DNA from: Fibrobacterota bacterium
GTDB taxonomy: Bacteria; Fibrobacterota; Fibrobacteria; UBA5070
Direction of reading: 5' to 3'
Assembly (NCBI GenBank): GCA_039798065.1
Contig: JBDKGS010000003.1
Coordinates: forward strand, 1-53,797
Length of the DNA stretch: 53,797 bases
Shown here: piece after piece, positions 9,459-20,547 of the stretch
Layout: the number at the start of each line of letters is the position of its first letter
Position numbering within the stretch: the first letter of the stretch is position 1
The notes under the pieces: generated by a model
Databases searched by the model: none
Told to the model about the DNA's origin: nothing
What the model saw: only the letters and a program-made list of their open reading frames with translations
Made by a program: the position numbers and the translations under genes

Positions 9459-11306
9459 TTACTCCGCCAAGATCATCTTGAAGGAATCGGCCTTCCAATC
9501 ACCAGAAGGAACCATGGAATAGACGGCCTCCGCATCGACGACTTCATCGTCAAAGCCCTTGGCGAATTTCACCGGTTCACGGTTCGGCTTCTTCACGAAT
9601 CCCTCGCCAAGGACTAATCCGACCTTGTTCCACTCTCCGTAGAAGAACTCCTGAAGCAATGGAATGATCTTGTTGGCGAAGACTTGCTTGAGATCCTCCA
9701 AGGTCTTCACTTTGATCAGGAATGCATGCCCAATGGTGTGATCCCGATCAATCAACACTTCGAGCCGTTGGTTGATGGTACGCAAGATCGCTGCGAGATT
9801 CACACCCTCGACTTCACGTTGGAGCTCGGGCAATGTGGAATCGGGCATCATTTCCACGAACTCGAACCGACGGCGTAAAGCCGTATCCAAGGCCTCAACA
9901 CTGCGGTCGGCTGTGTTCATGGTGCCAAGGATGTGGAGATTGGAGGGAATCCCGAATTCCTTCCGACTTCCAGGAAGGATCACCGTTAGATCCTCAGATG
10001 CTCCCAATCGTTTGTCTGGCTCCAACAGCGTGATGAGTTCGCCAAAGATCGCGGGAATGTTGCCGCGATTAATTTCATCGATGATCAAAACAAAATCTGT
10101 CTTCATTTCGATAGGATTCGATGAAACCGGGAACCGACGGCCGATCTCCTCGGCAATTGGTTTGACATACGCCCGATTGTAGGCTTCGGCTACTTCACCC
10201 GAATCAAACGCCTTTCGAACATCGTCGATGCTCACCGGATAAGGTTTCAATGCGTCCGAACTTTCAGGCATCACCGAGAACGTCGTATTCCCTTGGTACG
10301 AAACCTTGAATGGTTTCCCCCTCAGCGTCCTTAGTTGAACTGGTGATTCCGCAATCTCCGACAGAAATTGCCCGATGGAATCCCGAGTTTCTTTCGCTGA
10401 GGATTTTGAGGAAGCATCTTCGCAAATCTCACGCAAGATCCCTGACTTCATTTCGTAAGCGACATCTCCATCCACCAGAGTCGGCTTTAGACCTTCTACA
10501 AAATCCTCGTAGGTCATCGCCGGGTGGAAGGTCACGAACCGAATCCGTTGTTGCCGTACCAGTTCATCCCATCGTGGACGCAATACGTCTTCACGATCCC
10601 ATCCACGAACGGTATTAAGCGATTCATTGTCTGCCAGCGCCACCGCGTGGATCATCGTGCTCCAGGTCTTGCCCGTACCGGGAGGCCCAAAGAGAATTCG
10701 ATTGACCGCTTCAGGTTGGGTTGATGGATTCGTCATATCGATCTCCGCCTCTTCCATATCAGACGCTGCCAACGGGACATTTCCCGTCAAGGAAAGTCCA
10801 AGCCCAAGTGCAACGGCTTCGTAGCTGGGAGCGAAAGATTGGATCTTCGCGATGGACCAATCGACAAGTTCGTCCATCGACATCTCACAGCCCGATTCGG
10901 CAGGCATCAAGGCTACCAGAGGCGAGTTGTTGGAAAACTCCTTCTGAAAACCTGACAGAAAACGTCTCCTCATGTCGCCTTCGGTCGTGACATCCAGTTT
11001 TACGACAAAACCATGACTCGCATCTGTCCCGACTGTATACGCCAACTCCTTGGGCGAGGTCTTGGTTGGATAGACCTTCCCCCAGGTGTATCCGAGGAAT
11101 TTCTGCCCTTGGTTGATTGGACGTCGCCGAACATCTGTCCAGCCATCAGGGAACAACTTTTCCTGAAGAGTGGCCGCCCATTCCAAGGTCACATCGTAAT
11201 CGGCCTTCAGCAAACCGTAACCGGCAACATGGCCAGGATTGTTCGGATCCCGCCACTTTCCGCCAAGGTCTGCGAGTCTCTGGAAGTGTTCAAGAGAGAA
11301 CTGCAT
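9459..11306 (-). CDS. mcrB: McrB-family AAA+ GTPase
   Basis: GPPGTGKT, TFHP..YEDFVEG, IIDEINRG, MNTADRS, DTALRRRF, IGHAF. Confidence 0.93.
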   Translation of the reverse strand: MQFSLEHFQRLADLGGKWRDPNNPGHVAGYGLLKADYDVTLEWAATLQEKLFPDGWTDVRRRPINQGQKFLGYTWGKVYPTKTSPKELAYTVGTDASHGFVVKLDVTTEGDMRRRFLSGFQKEFSNNSPLVALMPAESGCEMSMDELVDWSIAKIQSFAPSYEAVALGLGLSLTGNVPLAASDMEEAEIDMTNPSTQPEAVNRILFGPPGTGKTWSTMIHAVALADNESLNTVRGWDREDVLRPRWDELVRQQRIRFVTFHPAMTYEDFVEGLKPTLVDGDVAYEMKSGILREICEDASSKSSAKETRDSIGQFLSEIAESPVQLRTLRGKPFKVSYQGNTTFSVMPESSDALKPYPVSIDDVRKAFDSGEVAEAYNRAYVKPIAEEIGRRFPVSSNPIEMKTDFVLIIDEINRGNIPAIFGELITLLEPDKRLGASEDLTVILPGSRKEFGIPSNLHILGTMNTADRSVEALDTALRRRFEFVEMMPDSTLPELQREVEGVNLAAILRTINQRLEVLIDRDHTIGHAFLIKVKTLEDLKQVFANKIIPLLQEFFYGEWNKVGLVLGEGFVKKPNREPVKFAKGFDDEVVDAEAVYSMVPSGDWKADSFKMILAE

Positions 11307-11503
11307 CGGTCATCTTTCAGGGAAGGTAAGACAAGTCAATATCTGTCTGCAGGATGAACCCGGCCGATTGCCGAGTACGTGCCACACTTTGATCGCCATG
11401 ATTCGAAACGCGAACAGCATGACAATTTCTGTACAACGGGGAAAAGGTCACAGCCGCTAAACCTTTCGACTTGTATCAAACGAAGTGATCGACCCGATCC
11501 CCA

Positions 11504-12103
11504 TTACAGCATTTCCTGTCGATCCGCTTCATACCAGACGAACGGGGCGTATTTCTTGAGGCAGCCCGAAGTTCTATCCTGTTTGACATACTCCGAGAAA
11601 AATCGCGCACGCATTGACATCGTCTCGGGATCATTGAGCTTCAGTCGATCGATTGTTCTCTGAGCATCGTTTTGAATTTGGGTACCAAGGCTTGGATTCG
11701 GCCGAATATGCCCTGTCAGAAGATTCAGGTGAAATGTTTCTGGGGCAAGGCCAATTGGATCGAGAACATCATCGAATTTGTTCTTGCTGCGATTGGCACC
11801 CAGGCAGGCAAGACGATAGTTACTCCATTCGTAGGCTGCCCCTGCATTGCTCGACTTTGCAATGAAGTGGTCCGTTGAACTTGCACCTGTTGACCATTCG
11901 AAAAAGATCGACAGATAGGCACAGGTTCCACCATAAGCATCCCACAATGGCTTGTTCATACTTTGCCAATAAGCAGGCAGGGCGGAAGCCATTGGTGGTG
12001 GAGCATCGAGCGCGACACCTTCGTTCGCAAGCCAGTTAAGCCCCCTCTGACGGACTCGTTGATCGAAATTGCGCGGCTCTTGCTGAAGTTCAACCGGAAT
12101 CAC
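11504..12103 (-). CDS. HNH-like nuclease (PtuB-like partner of the ATPase)
   Basis: CAY...DHFIAKS...AYEWSNYRLAC..AN..K...LDP. GTGA overlap with the ATPase stop. Confidence 0.8.
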   Translation of the reverse strand: MIPVELQQEPRNFDQRVRQRGLNWLANEGVALDAPPPMASALPAYWQSMNKPLWDAYGGTCAYLSIFFEWSTGASSTDHFIAKSSNAGAAYEWSNYRLACLGANRSKNKFDDVLDPIGLAPETFHLNLLTGHIRPNPSLGTQIQNDAQRTIDRLKLNDPETMSMRARFFSEYVKQDRTSGCLKKYAPFVWYEADRQEML

Positions 12104-13503
12104 GCTCCCAACTCCAATCCAACTTCCGGCTCGTCAGGCCTATCGCGCTTCTTCTGGCTACGCAGATCCACCTTTTTCAAGGCCGTGGCGAGTCCGGAAA
12201 GAAGTTGCTGTTGTCGATTTTTGTCACGCAGAAATCGCCAACTGATGAGATACGGATCTTGGGGATTCAATGCCGTGATCAGCTTCTGATTCATCTCCTC
12301 GATCGATTCGGGAGATGGAGCTGCCTGGTCTAGCAAGCGTCCCGCCTCTTCGATCAGGCATTCGTACTCAACAGCACGCCCACTCTTCAGATCGAATGCA
12401 TCGCTTGTGACCCAATTCTCGATGCTTCCGTGGTGCTCGAATTCACGCTTGGCGAGAACCACATTCCCTTGCTCCAGATCCAGGTCAAACCATGAATCCT
12501 GTTTCGCGTCGAACAGAGGCTCCACCGAGGCCATGATCATGGGCGAATGGGTGACTGCCAGAATCTGTGCACGGACATCGGCGTTGACGTTGTTTCTGTT
12601 GGAGATGCCGTCCACAGCCCCCAACAGCGCAGGAATGATCTTGCGCTGCCATTTTGGATGAAGGTGCGCTTCGATCTCGTCGACAAGAAACACGATCTGG
12701 TGGGTCGGCGATTCGCCGATCATGGCGGCGGCTCTCAGGTGCTCTTCCCACGCCCACACAAGCAAGTAGGCCAAGGCAATGATCCGTCGCACACCCGATG
12801 ATGCATGAACAACGGCCACATTTTGTCCGTAGGGCATTCTCAATGTGGGAATGTCGCGTACGTCATCCAGGGAAATCCGCGTGAATTCGCCCGGCACCAA
12901 CGGCTCATCTTTTGAAGGAGAAAGGACTGCCAGCACATCCTTCAGACGCTGGAAAGCTTTGCCGTTTTCCTTTTGCCAAGATGCCCAATCCTGGATCAAT
13001 CCGTTGCACAACATTCCGGCCTTTTCGCCAGGAAGTCCGTCCCAGATTTGCCGCGGATCAAATACATAGGCAGAAGGCCGCACCTGAAGCTCGTTATTGG
13101 AATCTTCGTTCCAATAGTTGCGTGCTGGGTCCCAAAGGGCAAAGCTCCCATCGGCCATCGCGTACAAGACCAAACCAGGATTGGCGGGCCGACCCGGGCG
13201 AGCTTTCCATTTCTGGTTTTTCCGATCGAAGGAACTTGCATAGGAGTTTTCCTTCGACTTCCCCGAAAAACGAAATTCGATGGTTGCTTCCCCACTTTCG
13301 CGTGGCAAGGCAATCTTCCCTGAGACCAACTTCTCGTTGATTTCAGCAGGCCATTTGCGGGTGAGCGCCCACCAAGCGGCATCCAGCAAGAAGCTCTTTC
13401 CAAGGCCATTGTCGCCCGAAATCAAATTCAAACGTTCACCAAGATCGTTCAGTTCCAGAGTGGGAGCCGGACCAACATTTGTCAGTTTGAGTGACTTGAT
13501 CAT
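12100..13503 (-). CDS. ABC-class (AAA_21-like, PtuA-like) ATPase
   Basis: Walker A GDNGLGKS, signature ASSG, Walker B LVDEIEAHLHPKWQR, H-loop THSP. ATG at 13503. Confidence 0.9.
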   Translation of the reverse strand: MIKSLKLTNVGPAPTLELNDLGERLNLISGDNGLGKSFLLDAAWWALTRKWPAEINEKLVSGKIALPRESGEATIEFRFSGKSKENSYASSFDRKNQKWKARPGRPANPGLVLYAMADGSFALWDPARNYWNEDSNNELQVRPSAYVFDPRQIWDGLPGEKAGMLCNGLIQDWASWQKENGKAFQRLKDVLAVLSPSKDEPLVPGEFTRISLDDVRDIPTLRMPYGQNVAVVHASSGVRRIIALAYLLVWAWEEHLRAAAMIGESPTHQIVFLVDEIEAHLHPKWQRKIIPALLGAVDGISNRNNVNADVRAQILAVTHSPMIMASVEPLFDAKQDSWFDLDLEQGNVVLAKREFEHHGSIENWVTSDAFDLKSGRAVEYECLIEEAGRLLDQAAPSPESIEEMNQKLITALNPQDPYLISWRFLRDKNRQQQLLSGLATALKKVDLRSQKKRDRPDEPEVGLELGA

Positions 13504-13567
13504 AGGGAGAAAACTCCTCGGAAAAGCAGTCTGTTGACTTCGACAATAACGGTAGGTTTTCGAGCCT

Positions 13568-16500
13568 TCATCCGTTACCCTCCTCCCGATCCCACGCTTC
13601 CAGCACCAGGCGGCGGGTGCGGTATTCGCCAAATTCCGACATCTCGCGATTCTTGAGCACGCGGAAGGTTTCTGTCGGGTACTCGGGACCCATCACGTCG
13701 GAAGGATCCAGAATGTAGCGCAGCTCGTCGCGGGTGAGGCCGTACAGGCGGGCATAGCGGGCATCGAGCTCGGCACGCAGCACGGCGCGGCGATCAGGGT
13801 CGAAGCGGAACGGAGCACCGGTGAAGCCCAGATCCTCGGCCCATCCTTTGAGATCCCAGGCCGTGTAGGTCAGCTCCAAAACGCGTGGGACAATGTACGC
13901 GAGATCGGCTTCGCTGTAGGCGGTGGGGGGAAGAATTGGAAGCTGTTTCACAATGAAGAAGTTGAGATGAGTCCCACCAACTTTATTCCTTACAACAAAG
14001 TCGAGAACTAGCGCACATAAATTCCCTAAAAATGCTGCGCATTTCGTGGCCGGGATATCATCACCAAACCGAATCAAGGGCATATTATTGCCAACTGCAG
14101 CATATTGAACAACAGATGCAATAAGTGTGCGCTCGTTGGTCGCATTAGCAATATCGCGCCACCCCATAAGCCATCGAGGAACACGGTGCAAAAGAATAGA
14201 ACGCACTATATCTGTAATCGAGGCTACAGATTTAAGCATTTCAAGTTCAGCGTTTGTGAGCGGCTCGAAGATTCGAGCCTCAGTTAGGTCTTTTACGCCC
14301 AGCCAATCCTCATCACCTATCGGAAGCGCAACAAATCGCCCCCCTCCTGCCGCAATGACTCTCTTTCTAATTGATTCCTCGCCACCACCTGAGATAGATA
14401 TATCAGGACAACTCGCGGCAACCCAAACAGCAATCGCACAAAGTAGGCCATGCTCATCGTTTGAGTTCCAAGCTCGAGAAAGAAAATTTGGAACCTTCGC
14501 ACTTTTACCGAATACATTCCGTTCATTCACCCAATAGCGAGGCGTAACCGAAAAGTCAGGGCTGTATTTTTGTGAATCAAAAACATCTTCCGTTTCGACA
14601 ATCCATTTTTGATCTTCAAATTGTCCTCGGTGCGTAGCCCAACGATGATCAAATTGATGCATCATTTTCGCTTCAAGAAGAGGAAAACTATCACTTTCAG
14701 GATGATCACGAAAATGCCTTGAATCAGTATTCATCATAAACATCAATTGGAAGGAAATTCCCCAAGGATTTTCTAAATCTCCCACTTCATCGGCTTCACG
14801 TATCAAAACTGGTACATTACCATATATTTGCTTAGCTAGGTTCGCATCTACTTGCGACCTAAAAATTGGACACGTAAGTGTATTTGGGTTCACTAAACGG
14901 AAATCATCATTACTTAGCGAGTAGCGGCGGCGCGGATCAAGCAACTCTTCAACACTAAGGATATAATTGCAAAGCTGGATTGGGCCATTATTTTCGCCCA
15001 TAGTGAGCAAAACGAATGGCGTATCGGGATGGACTGCTGGAAAAATGCGCTTCTGGTTATCGAACCCGGTTAAACTAATCAACCTTCCATTAGCTATATA
15101 ACCCCAGAGATGTTGCGTGAATGAATCCGTTGATATTCCAGCAGGAGTAATAATCCCTGCTCGCCCGGTTTTTGATAGAATATTTAGACAAGTTTCAGCA
15201 AAGAGCGAGGAAAGATTTATTCGCCCTCGACCAGATAAACGAAAACGTTCAGATGCATGTACAAATGACTGAACAGCTTCAGTAAGACGAATTTCGGACG
15301 AGTATTCATTAAAGAGTACGACATTCGTTGACTTAAGTTCTTCTATCGCTTTTTCACGCGATGCCATATTTTTTATGGCCGAAATATCAGGAGCCTTAGT
15401 TGAAAAAAACTCCTGTGGATCAAGTTGAAGCATATCCCACGGCGGATTGCCCAACACCACGTCGAACCCGCCTTTGGACAGCACGCCCGGAAAAGCCAAA
15501 GGCCAGTGGAGAACTCGAGCCTTGAGACATGCGAGCTGTGCCGCTTGCAAAGCTCGGTGGGTTTCGTGCCGAGAGCTTCCCATGTAACGCACGTCCACCA
15601 GCGTGCGGGTGGTAGGCGTGACCTCGCGATTTTCCTCGGTCTTGGGTATCAGGAAAGCTCCAACCCAGGCGTCGGCCATCCGAGCCACGGTGCTGCGGCG
15701 TGCTTGGTGCAACGCTTCTTCGTAGGCACGGAATTTGGCAGCAACCTGGTCCAAGGTGTTGTCGGGAAGTTCATCGACCTTCCCCAAGGATTCAAGCGGA
15801 TCAGGTCCACCCAAGTCCATCGACAACAAGCTCGAATCCTGTTGCTGGATCAGAACCTTGGCCGCATCCTTGTTCTGTTTGGACAAATCTTTGCACACCA
15901 GCTTGTCGTCGCCGCTCAGGGCCACGAAAGCTTTGTCAGGAATTGGAAGCTCCAGGACTTTTAGGTCCATGAGACCCAGCAATGCATCGCCGCACACCAA
16001 GTGGTGATCCAAGAAGCTCAAGGGTCGCTCGGCCTCGAACGACTCCAGCCACAGCGCCGTGCGAGCCAGCTCTACGGCCATGGGATTGCGGTCCACGCCA
16101 AAGATGCAGTGGCTGATGACGTCGCGCAGGGCATGGCGGTAGTCGGCGGGGCTGACGGCTCCGTCGGGATGCTGTGCCTGCGCCAAACGCTCGGCCACGC
16201 GCCGCGCCGCGGCCAACAAAAAATGTCCCGATCCGCACGAGGTGTCGATGATCCGAAGCCCCAACAACGCACCAATCGGATCAGCCGGGTTCTGGGCCAA
16301 CCGGTCGGCAATCACCGGATCCAACGATGTTTTGAGCAGCTCCTGCACCAAGCTGTCTGGCGTGTAGTAAGAACCGCTAGTCTTGCGGGCGTTGCCTTTG
16401 GTGGAACCTTCGGTGTCACCGATTCCCACAAACCCAAAGGAACGGATTTCCAGATCCACACGCGGCACCAGCTCCAATAGGCTTTCGTACACCGACCCCA

Positions 16501-17776
16501 ATTCTTCGGGCCCCATGTTCCGGTAATCCACGCTGGCAAACGATCCCGTCTTCCCCGACCAGCGCAAGGCGCGCAAAGCCGAAAGCAACGCGGCGTTGCT
16601 CAGACATGAATTGTCCAAGTGCGGGCACTGGGAAGAGGCGAACAACCCACCCAACGCGGGCAAGCCCAAAGCTGCCTCACCAGCCTCCAAGGCCTTCCAG
16701 ACGATCCGCTGGCCTTCCCACAGATCGTGGTGGGTGCTCGATGCCCCCGGTCGCAAACAGCGATCGCGAAGGCGTTTTTGGGAATAGCCTTCCAGGTACA
16801 GCTTCTGCGCGTCCGCCGATCCATTTTCAGGGTGCAGAAGTTCACGTTCTTCCACCGCGAAGATGAACAGAAAACGGTAGATCAAATGCAACAGCTCGTC
16901 GAAGTACGCCTTCTCGCTCAACTCGTTGGAGAGGATCGCTTGGCGTAATGCACCATTTTCTGTCGCTTGTAAAAACCCTGTCCCCAAGGCCAGAAGTGCC
17001 TCCTGCACACCTTGCCGCAGCGAGTCGCGCACGCGCAGACCGGTCTCCTGACCCATCTTGCGCCAGCGCTCCCAAATACAGTCGTCAGGGGCGGCATCGG
17101 CCTTGCCTGCTCGGCTGCCGTGGAACAATCTCCAACACGCGGTGAAGGCCGCCCAATCTCGGGCGGTCAGAATCTGCTCCAGGTCCACTTCCAGCCACAC
17201 AGGGCGTGTTAGGGCAGCCGAATCGCGCAGGAGGCGCAACTGCCGTCCGTTGGTCACCACGGCCCACAGATGACCTTCACTGGCGTTCAGGAACTCTTGA
17301 GCTAGTTGGAACGGGCTCTTGCGGCGCGTACCGGTCCCTGCAATGGCAAAGCGGGCATCGGGCTCGTCCAGTTCCTGGTTGTGTGGGGCGATCACCACAG
17401 CCACACGACCGCGAGCCATGTGCCCTACGGGGAAGGAACGGTCCCCTATCGTCACCGGGACAATTCGTTCTATCGGGCCGAATCCAAACGCGTGCCCCAA
17501 GAGGTCGCGCACAAACTCTTCGGTGGCGCGCATCGGGTCGTGATCATCGCGCTTGCGACGTGCATCGAACAAGCCCCATTGTCCTTGTGCGATCTGGAAA
17601 AAACGACTGATCTCTTCGCCAAGCTTGAGACCAGGAAGGATCTCGTAGTCGTCAGCCTTCTGGAAATCCAGTTCGCTCGCCACGGCCTTCGCCAGGTGGT
17701 CGGGCACGAAGAGCCCGCCTTCCAGTTGCAGGTACGAAAAACCCAAGTGGGCCGATTTACGGATGGCGCGGCTCAT
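13568..17776 (-). CDS. Large N6-adenine DNA methyltransferase (Eco57I / DrmMI-like)
   Basis: LGSVYESLL, RKTSGSYYTP, IIDTSCGSGHFL (motif I), GVDRNPMAVELA, GNPPW (motif IV). 1402 aa. Confidence 0.92.
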   Translation of the reverse strand: MSRAIRKSAHLGFSYLQLEGGLFVPDHLAKAVASELDFQKADDYEILPGLKLGEEISRFFQIAQGQWGLFDARRKRDDHDPMRATEEFVRDLLGHAFGFGPIERIVPVTIGDRSFPVGHMARGRVAVVIAPHNQELDEPDARFAIAGTGTRRKSPFQLAQEFLNASEGHLWAVVTNGRQLRLLRDSAALTRPVWLEVDLEQILTARDWAAFTACWRLFHGSRAGKADAAPDDCIWERWRKMGQETGLRVRDSLRQGVQEALLALGTGFLQATENGALRQAILSNELSEKAYFDELLHLIYRFLFIFAVEERELLHPENGSADAQKLYLEGYSQKRLRDRCLRPGASSTHHDLWEGQRIVWKALEAGEAALGLPALGGLFASSQCPHLDNSCLSNAALLSALRALRWSGKTGSFASVDYRNMGPEELGSVYESLLELVPRVDLEIRSFGFVGIGDTEGSTKGNARKTSGSYYTPDSLVQELLKTSLDPVIADRLAQNPADPIGALLGLRIIDTSCGSGHFLLAAARRVAERLAQAQHPDGAVSPADYRHALRDVISHCIFGVDRNPMAVELARTALWLESFEAERPLSFLDHHLVCGDALLGLMDLKVLELPIPDKAFVALSGDDKLVCKDLSKQNKDAAKVLIQQQDSSLLSMDLGGPDPLESLGKVDELPDNTLDQVAAKFRAYEEALHQARRSTVARMADAWVGAFLIPKTEENREVTPTTRTLVDVRYMGSSRHETHRALQAAQLACLKARVLHWPLAFPGVLSKGGFDVVLGNPPWDMLQLDPQEFFSTKAPDISAIKNMASREKAIEELKSTNVVLFNEYSSEIRLTEAVQSFVHASERFRLSGRGRINLSSLFAETCLNILSKTGRAGIITPAGISTDSFTQHLWGYIANGRLISLTGFDNQKRIFPAVHPDTPFVLLTMGENNGPIQLCNYILSVEELLDPRRRYSLSNDDFRLVNPNTLTCPIFRSQVDANLAKQIYGNVPVLIREADEVGDLENPWGISFQLMFMMNTDSRHFRDHPESDSFPLLEAKMMHQFDHRWATHRGQFEDQKWIVETEDVFDSQKYSPDFSVTPRYWVNERNVFGKSAKVPNFLSRAWNSNDEHGLLCAIAVWVAASCPDISISGGGEESIRKRVIAAGGGRFVALPIGDEDWLGVKDLTEARIFEPLTNAELEMLKSVASITDIVRSILLHRVPRWLMGWRDIANATNERTLIASVVQYAAVGNNMPLIRFGDDIPATKCAAFLGNLCALVLDFVVRNKVGGTHLNFFIVKQLPILPPTAYSEADLAYIVPRVLELTYTAWDLKGWAEDLGFTGAPFRFDPDRRAVLRAELDARYARLYGLTRDELRYILDPSDVMGPEYPTETFRVLKNREMSEFGEYRTRRLVLEAWDREEGNG

Positions 17777-20547
17777 AGCTCCTCCGGAAGCAGCACGTAC
17801 ACACCCATCACATCAACCGGTAAGCTTGGGGTCACGCTGTAATCGCCCACATCGCGCGACGCCTCGCGCACACGACGGTGGTCGGTCAATAATTGTGTGG
17901 CCCGTTCGCGTGCCACCTCTTCCAGGCGCGGCGTCTGGGTTTGCAGGAACTCCAAGGCCGATCGCACTTGGTTGGCGGCTTGATCGGGCGAAAGATTCGA
18001 GGTCGCCACTACATCCAGTAATTTCGAGGCAGCCTCTTCAGGAAGCCAAACCGCGTTGGCGCGGCCTTCCACGGCCACCGCCACAGCCTCTTCAGCCAGT
18101 AGGTTGCGCGATTGATTGCGCCGTCTCACCCCCAGACAATGACGCAGCCGCAGCAGGAATATGGTTGTCACCTTCTGAACAGAATTTGTTACCACCGCCG
18201 CCGATCGGCTCGCCAGCGTGTGGGTGCCCGCGAGAGCGCCCTCCAGCAGATGATCCGACAAAAGGGCAATCAACGGATCAGTACGGTGCAGAAAGCGGGC
18301 GCTGGGGTGCGGCGGAAAAACAGCGTCCACGGTTTGGACTCCAACCAATCCTTCGAGCTCCAGGCGTTCTTTCAACACCTGGGGGAACCCCGACAAATCC
18401 AGTCGTCGCGCCGTAACCGAGCCGTCGACAGATTCCGGATGCACCTGCAGGCGACGACAAGAACTGTCTAGGAATCGCAATACATCGGATGGATCACCCA
18501 AAACCTTCCGCTCGCGATTCCATTCGGGAAGGACTTCTTCGGGCTTGAGTCGGCGCTGGGCGAACACGGTGCGGTTGGCCTTGGCTTTTTCCATGGCGTC
18601 GTCCCAACGCGTTTGAATGGGCGCGAGATCCATTTCCAAGCCAAAGTCTAGACTGGTCTGGAGCGTGGCCGCGTGGGAGCGTTTCATGAGCGCCGACTGG
18701 AGCATGGCCGTTCGCAAACGAGATTCGTCTTCAGGCATGGGGACCATCACGCCCAGCTTGTCCTGGATCTCCTTGGCCTTGCGCAGAATCACCTTGAGAA
18801 TGAATCCATCCACCGGATTGTCCTGGCCGTACAACAGCGCGCACTTCACTTCTTTGCTGCGCTGACCAAATCGGTCCACGCGACCTTCGCGTTGTTCGTG
18901 GCGGGTTGGGTTCCAAGCCAGATCGTAATGGACCACGGCAGTGAATCCGTGCTGTAAATTGATGCCTTCCGATAAGCAGTCGGTGGCCACCAAAATCCGA
19001 TTTTTGTCACCCGATGAAATCAACGCCTGGATCCGCTCCTCGCGTTCGTCGCTGGAGTAACGGCCGCTCACGGCATCGATCGCCACACCCCTGAAGCTCT
19101 TGCGCAGTTCGTCGGCGACATATTCTGCCGTGGCCACATACCGGCAGAACACCACCGGATGGAAGCCTTCTTTCACCAAGCCCTTGAGCTCCTTCACCAG
19201 GCAAGCCAGCTTGGGGTCGCCAGCCACCCCTTGCAGAGCGCGAGCTTCGCCAATCAATCCCCGCAGGAACTCTTCGTTCTCGATCTGCCCGGCAGGCTCG
19301 ACGTCATTTTCTTGCAGCTCTTCGGCCACGCCGTCCAGCAGCAATTCTTCTTCGGCCTCGGGCTGAGCTTCCGCCTCCACACCCAACCGCGTCTCCAACG
19401 CGCGGATCGCCGCAGCCGGAGACGACGACACGCAGCGCAACAGGGCCAAGGTGGCATACCAAGCCAGGTGCGTGGAGCTGCGTTCGGCCAAGCCTCGGCA
19501 ATACTCCTGCACATGATCGAAGAATTCACCCCATTTGCCCGTTAGCGAGTACGTGCATTCGGCAACGAACCGCTTGGGGAAGACGGGATTATCCTGCCAC
19601 TCGTCGATGTCCTTGCGTCGGCGTTGGACAAAGTGTCGGGCCAATTCGTCGCGCAAGGGTTTGCGAGCGTTGGCATCCAATCCTTGCAACTCGGCAAATT
19701 CTGGTGCAAGCAGCGAGAGCAAGTTGTGGAACGCTTCGTCGTCGCCGGAATGCGGCGTGGCGGTGAGCAGCACGAGGTGCCGCTCCTTGTTTTCAGAAAG
19801 CTTGCGCAACAGGTCGAACCGCAATTGTCGCCCGGCCCCAATCCGCGTGCAGGTATGGGCTTCATCGACGATCAAGAATCCCGGTGCCGTGTTCAGGAAA
19901 TGATCTCGGTGGCGCTCGCTCTTGATGTAGTCCAAGCTCACGACCACGAACGGATTCTCGTCAAAAATCGACTTCCCTTGTGGCAACAAACGTTCCAATT
20001 TCGCCGCACTGGAAGCTGTGAGTCCAATAGCCGGAAAGTGGAATCGATTAGACAATTCCTGACACCATTGATCCACCAGATGCGGCGGACACAAAACGGC
20101 AACACTATCGATCTCGGCGCGATCGAACAATTCGCGGGCGATGAGGCCCGCTTCGATGGTCTTTCCGATACCCACATCGTCGGCGATCAGAAGACGCACC
20201 ACGCTTTGGCGCAACGCCATGAGCAACGGCACCAACTGGTAGGCCCGCGGTTCGACGGCGATGTTGCCAAAACTCCGGAACGGACCAGCACCCGCACGCA
20301 ACTTGAGCTGCAGGCTATCGCGCAACAACCTTGCCGCGTCGTGGCTGCCCGCCTTGGATGGATCGGGCCAATCGAAGGTGGCGGCGCGTGGCACTTCGCG
20401 TTCCAGGGCCGGCAGGATAACAGCCACATCCTGATCGGACCCACCCAGCGGACGAAGCCTCAAAACCGAGGTATTGGGAGACGGCTCGACCACCCATTCG
20501 CGACCGCGGGCATGCACCAGAGAGCCAGGAACAAAGGTGGCGGTCAT
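17773..20547 (-). CDS. SNF2-family helicase (DrmD-like)
   Basis: [52 protein letters not shown] overlaps at both ends. Confidence 0.92.
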   Translation of the reverse strand: MTATFVPGSLVHARGREWVVEPSPNTSVLRLRPLGGSDQDVAVILPALEREVPRAATFDWPDPSKAGSHDAARLLRDSLQLKLRAGAGPFRSFGNIAVEPRAYQLVPLLMALRQSVVRLLIADDVGIGKTIEAGLIARELFDRAEIDSVAVLCPPHLVDQWCQELSNRFHFPAIGLTASSAAKLERLLPQGKSIFDENPFVVVSLDYIKSERHRDHFLNTAPGFLIVDEAHTCTRIGAGRQLRFDLLRKLSENKERHLVLLTATPHSGDDEAFHNLLSLLAPEFAELQGLDANARKPLRDELARHFVQRRRKDIDEWQDNPVFPKRFVAECTYSLTGKWGEFFDHVQEYCRGLAERSSTHLAWYATLALLRCVSSSPAAAIRALETRLGVEAEAQPEAEEELLLDGVAEELQENDVEPAGQIENEEFLRGLIGEARALQGVAGDPKLACLVKELKGLVKEGFHPVVFCRYVATAEYVADELRKSFRGVAIDAVSGRYSSDEREERIQALISSGDKNRILVATDCLSEGINLQHGFTAVVHYDLAWNPTRHEQREGRVDRFGQRSKEVKCALLYGQDNPVDGFILKVILRKAKEIQDKLGVMVPMPEDESRLRTAMLQSALMKRSHAATLQTSLDFGLEMDLAPIQTRWDDAMEKAKANRTVFAQRRLKPEEVLPEWNRERKVLGDPSDVLRFLDSSCRRLQVHPESVDGSVTARRLDLSGFPQVLKERLELEGLVGVQTVDAVFPPHPSARFLHRTDPLIALLSDHLLEGALAGTHTLASRSAAVVTNSVQKVTTIFLLRLRHCLGVRRRNQSRNLLAEEAVAVAVEGRANAVWLPEEAASKLLDVVATSNLSPDQAANQVRSALEFLQTQTPRLEEVARERATQLLTDHRRVREASRDVGDYSVTPSLPVDVMGVYVLLPEEL

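Noticed and set aside
11306-13503. Retron (Ec78-like) explanation for the ATPase/HNH pair
   Set aside because: No reverse transcriptase ORF and no convincing msr/msd in the window.
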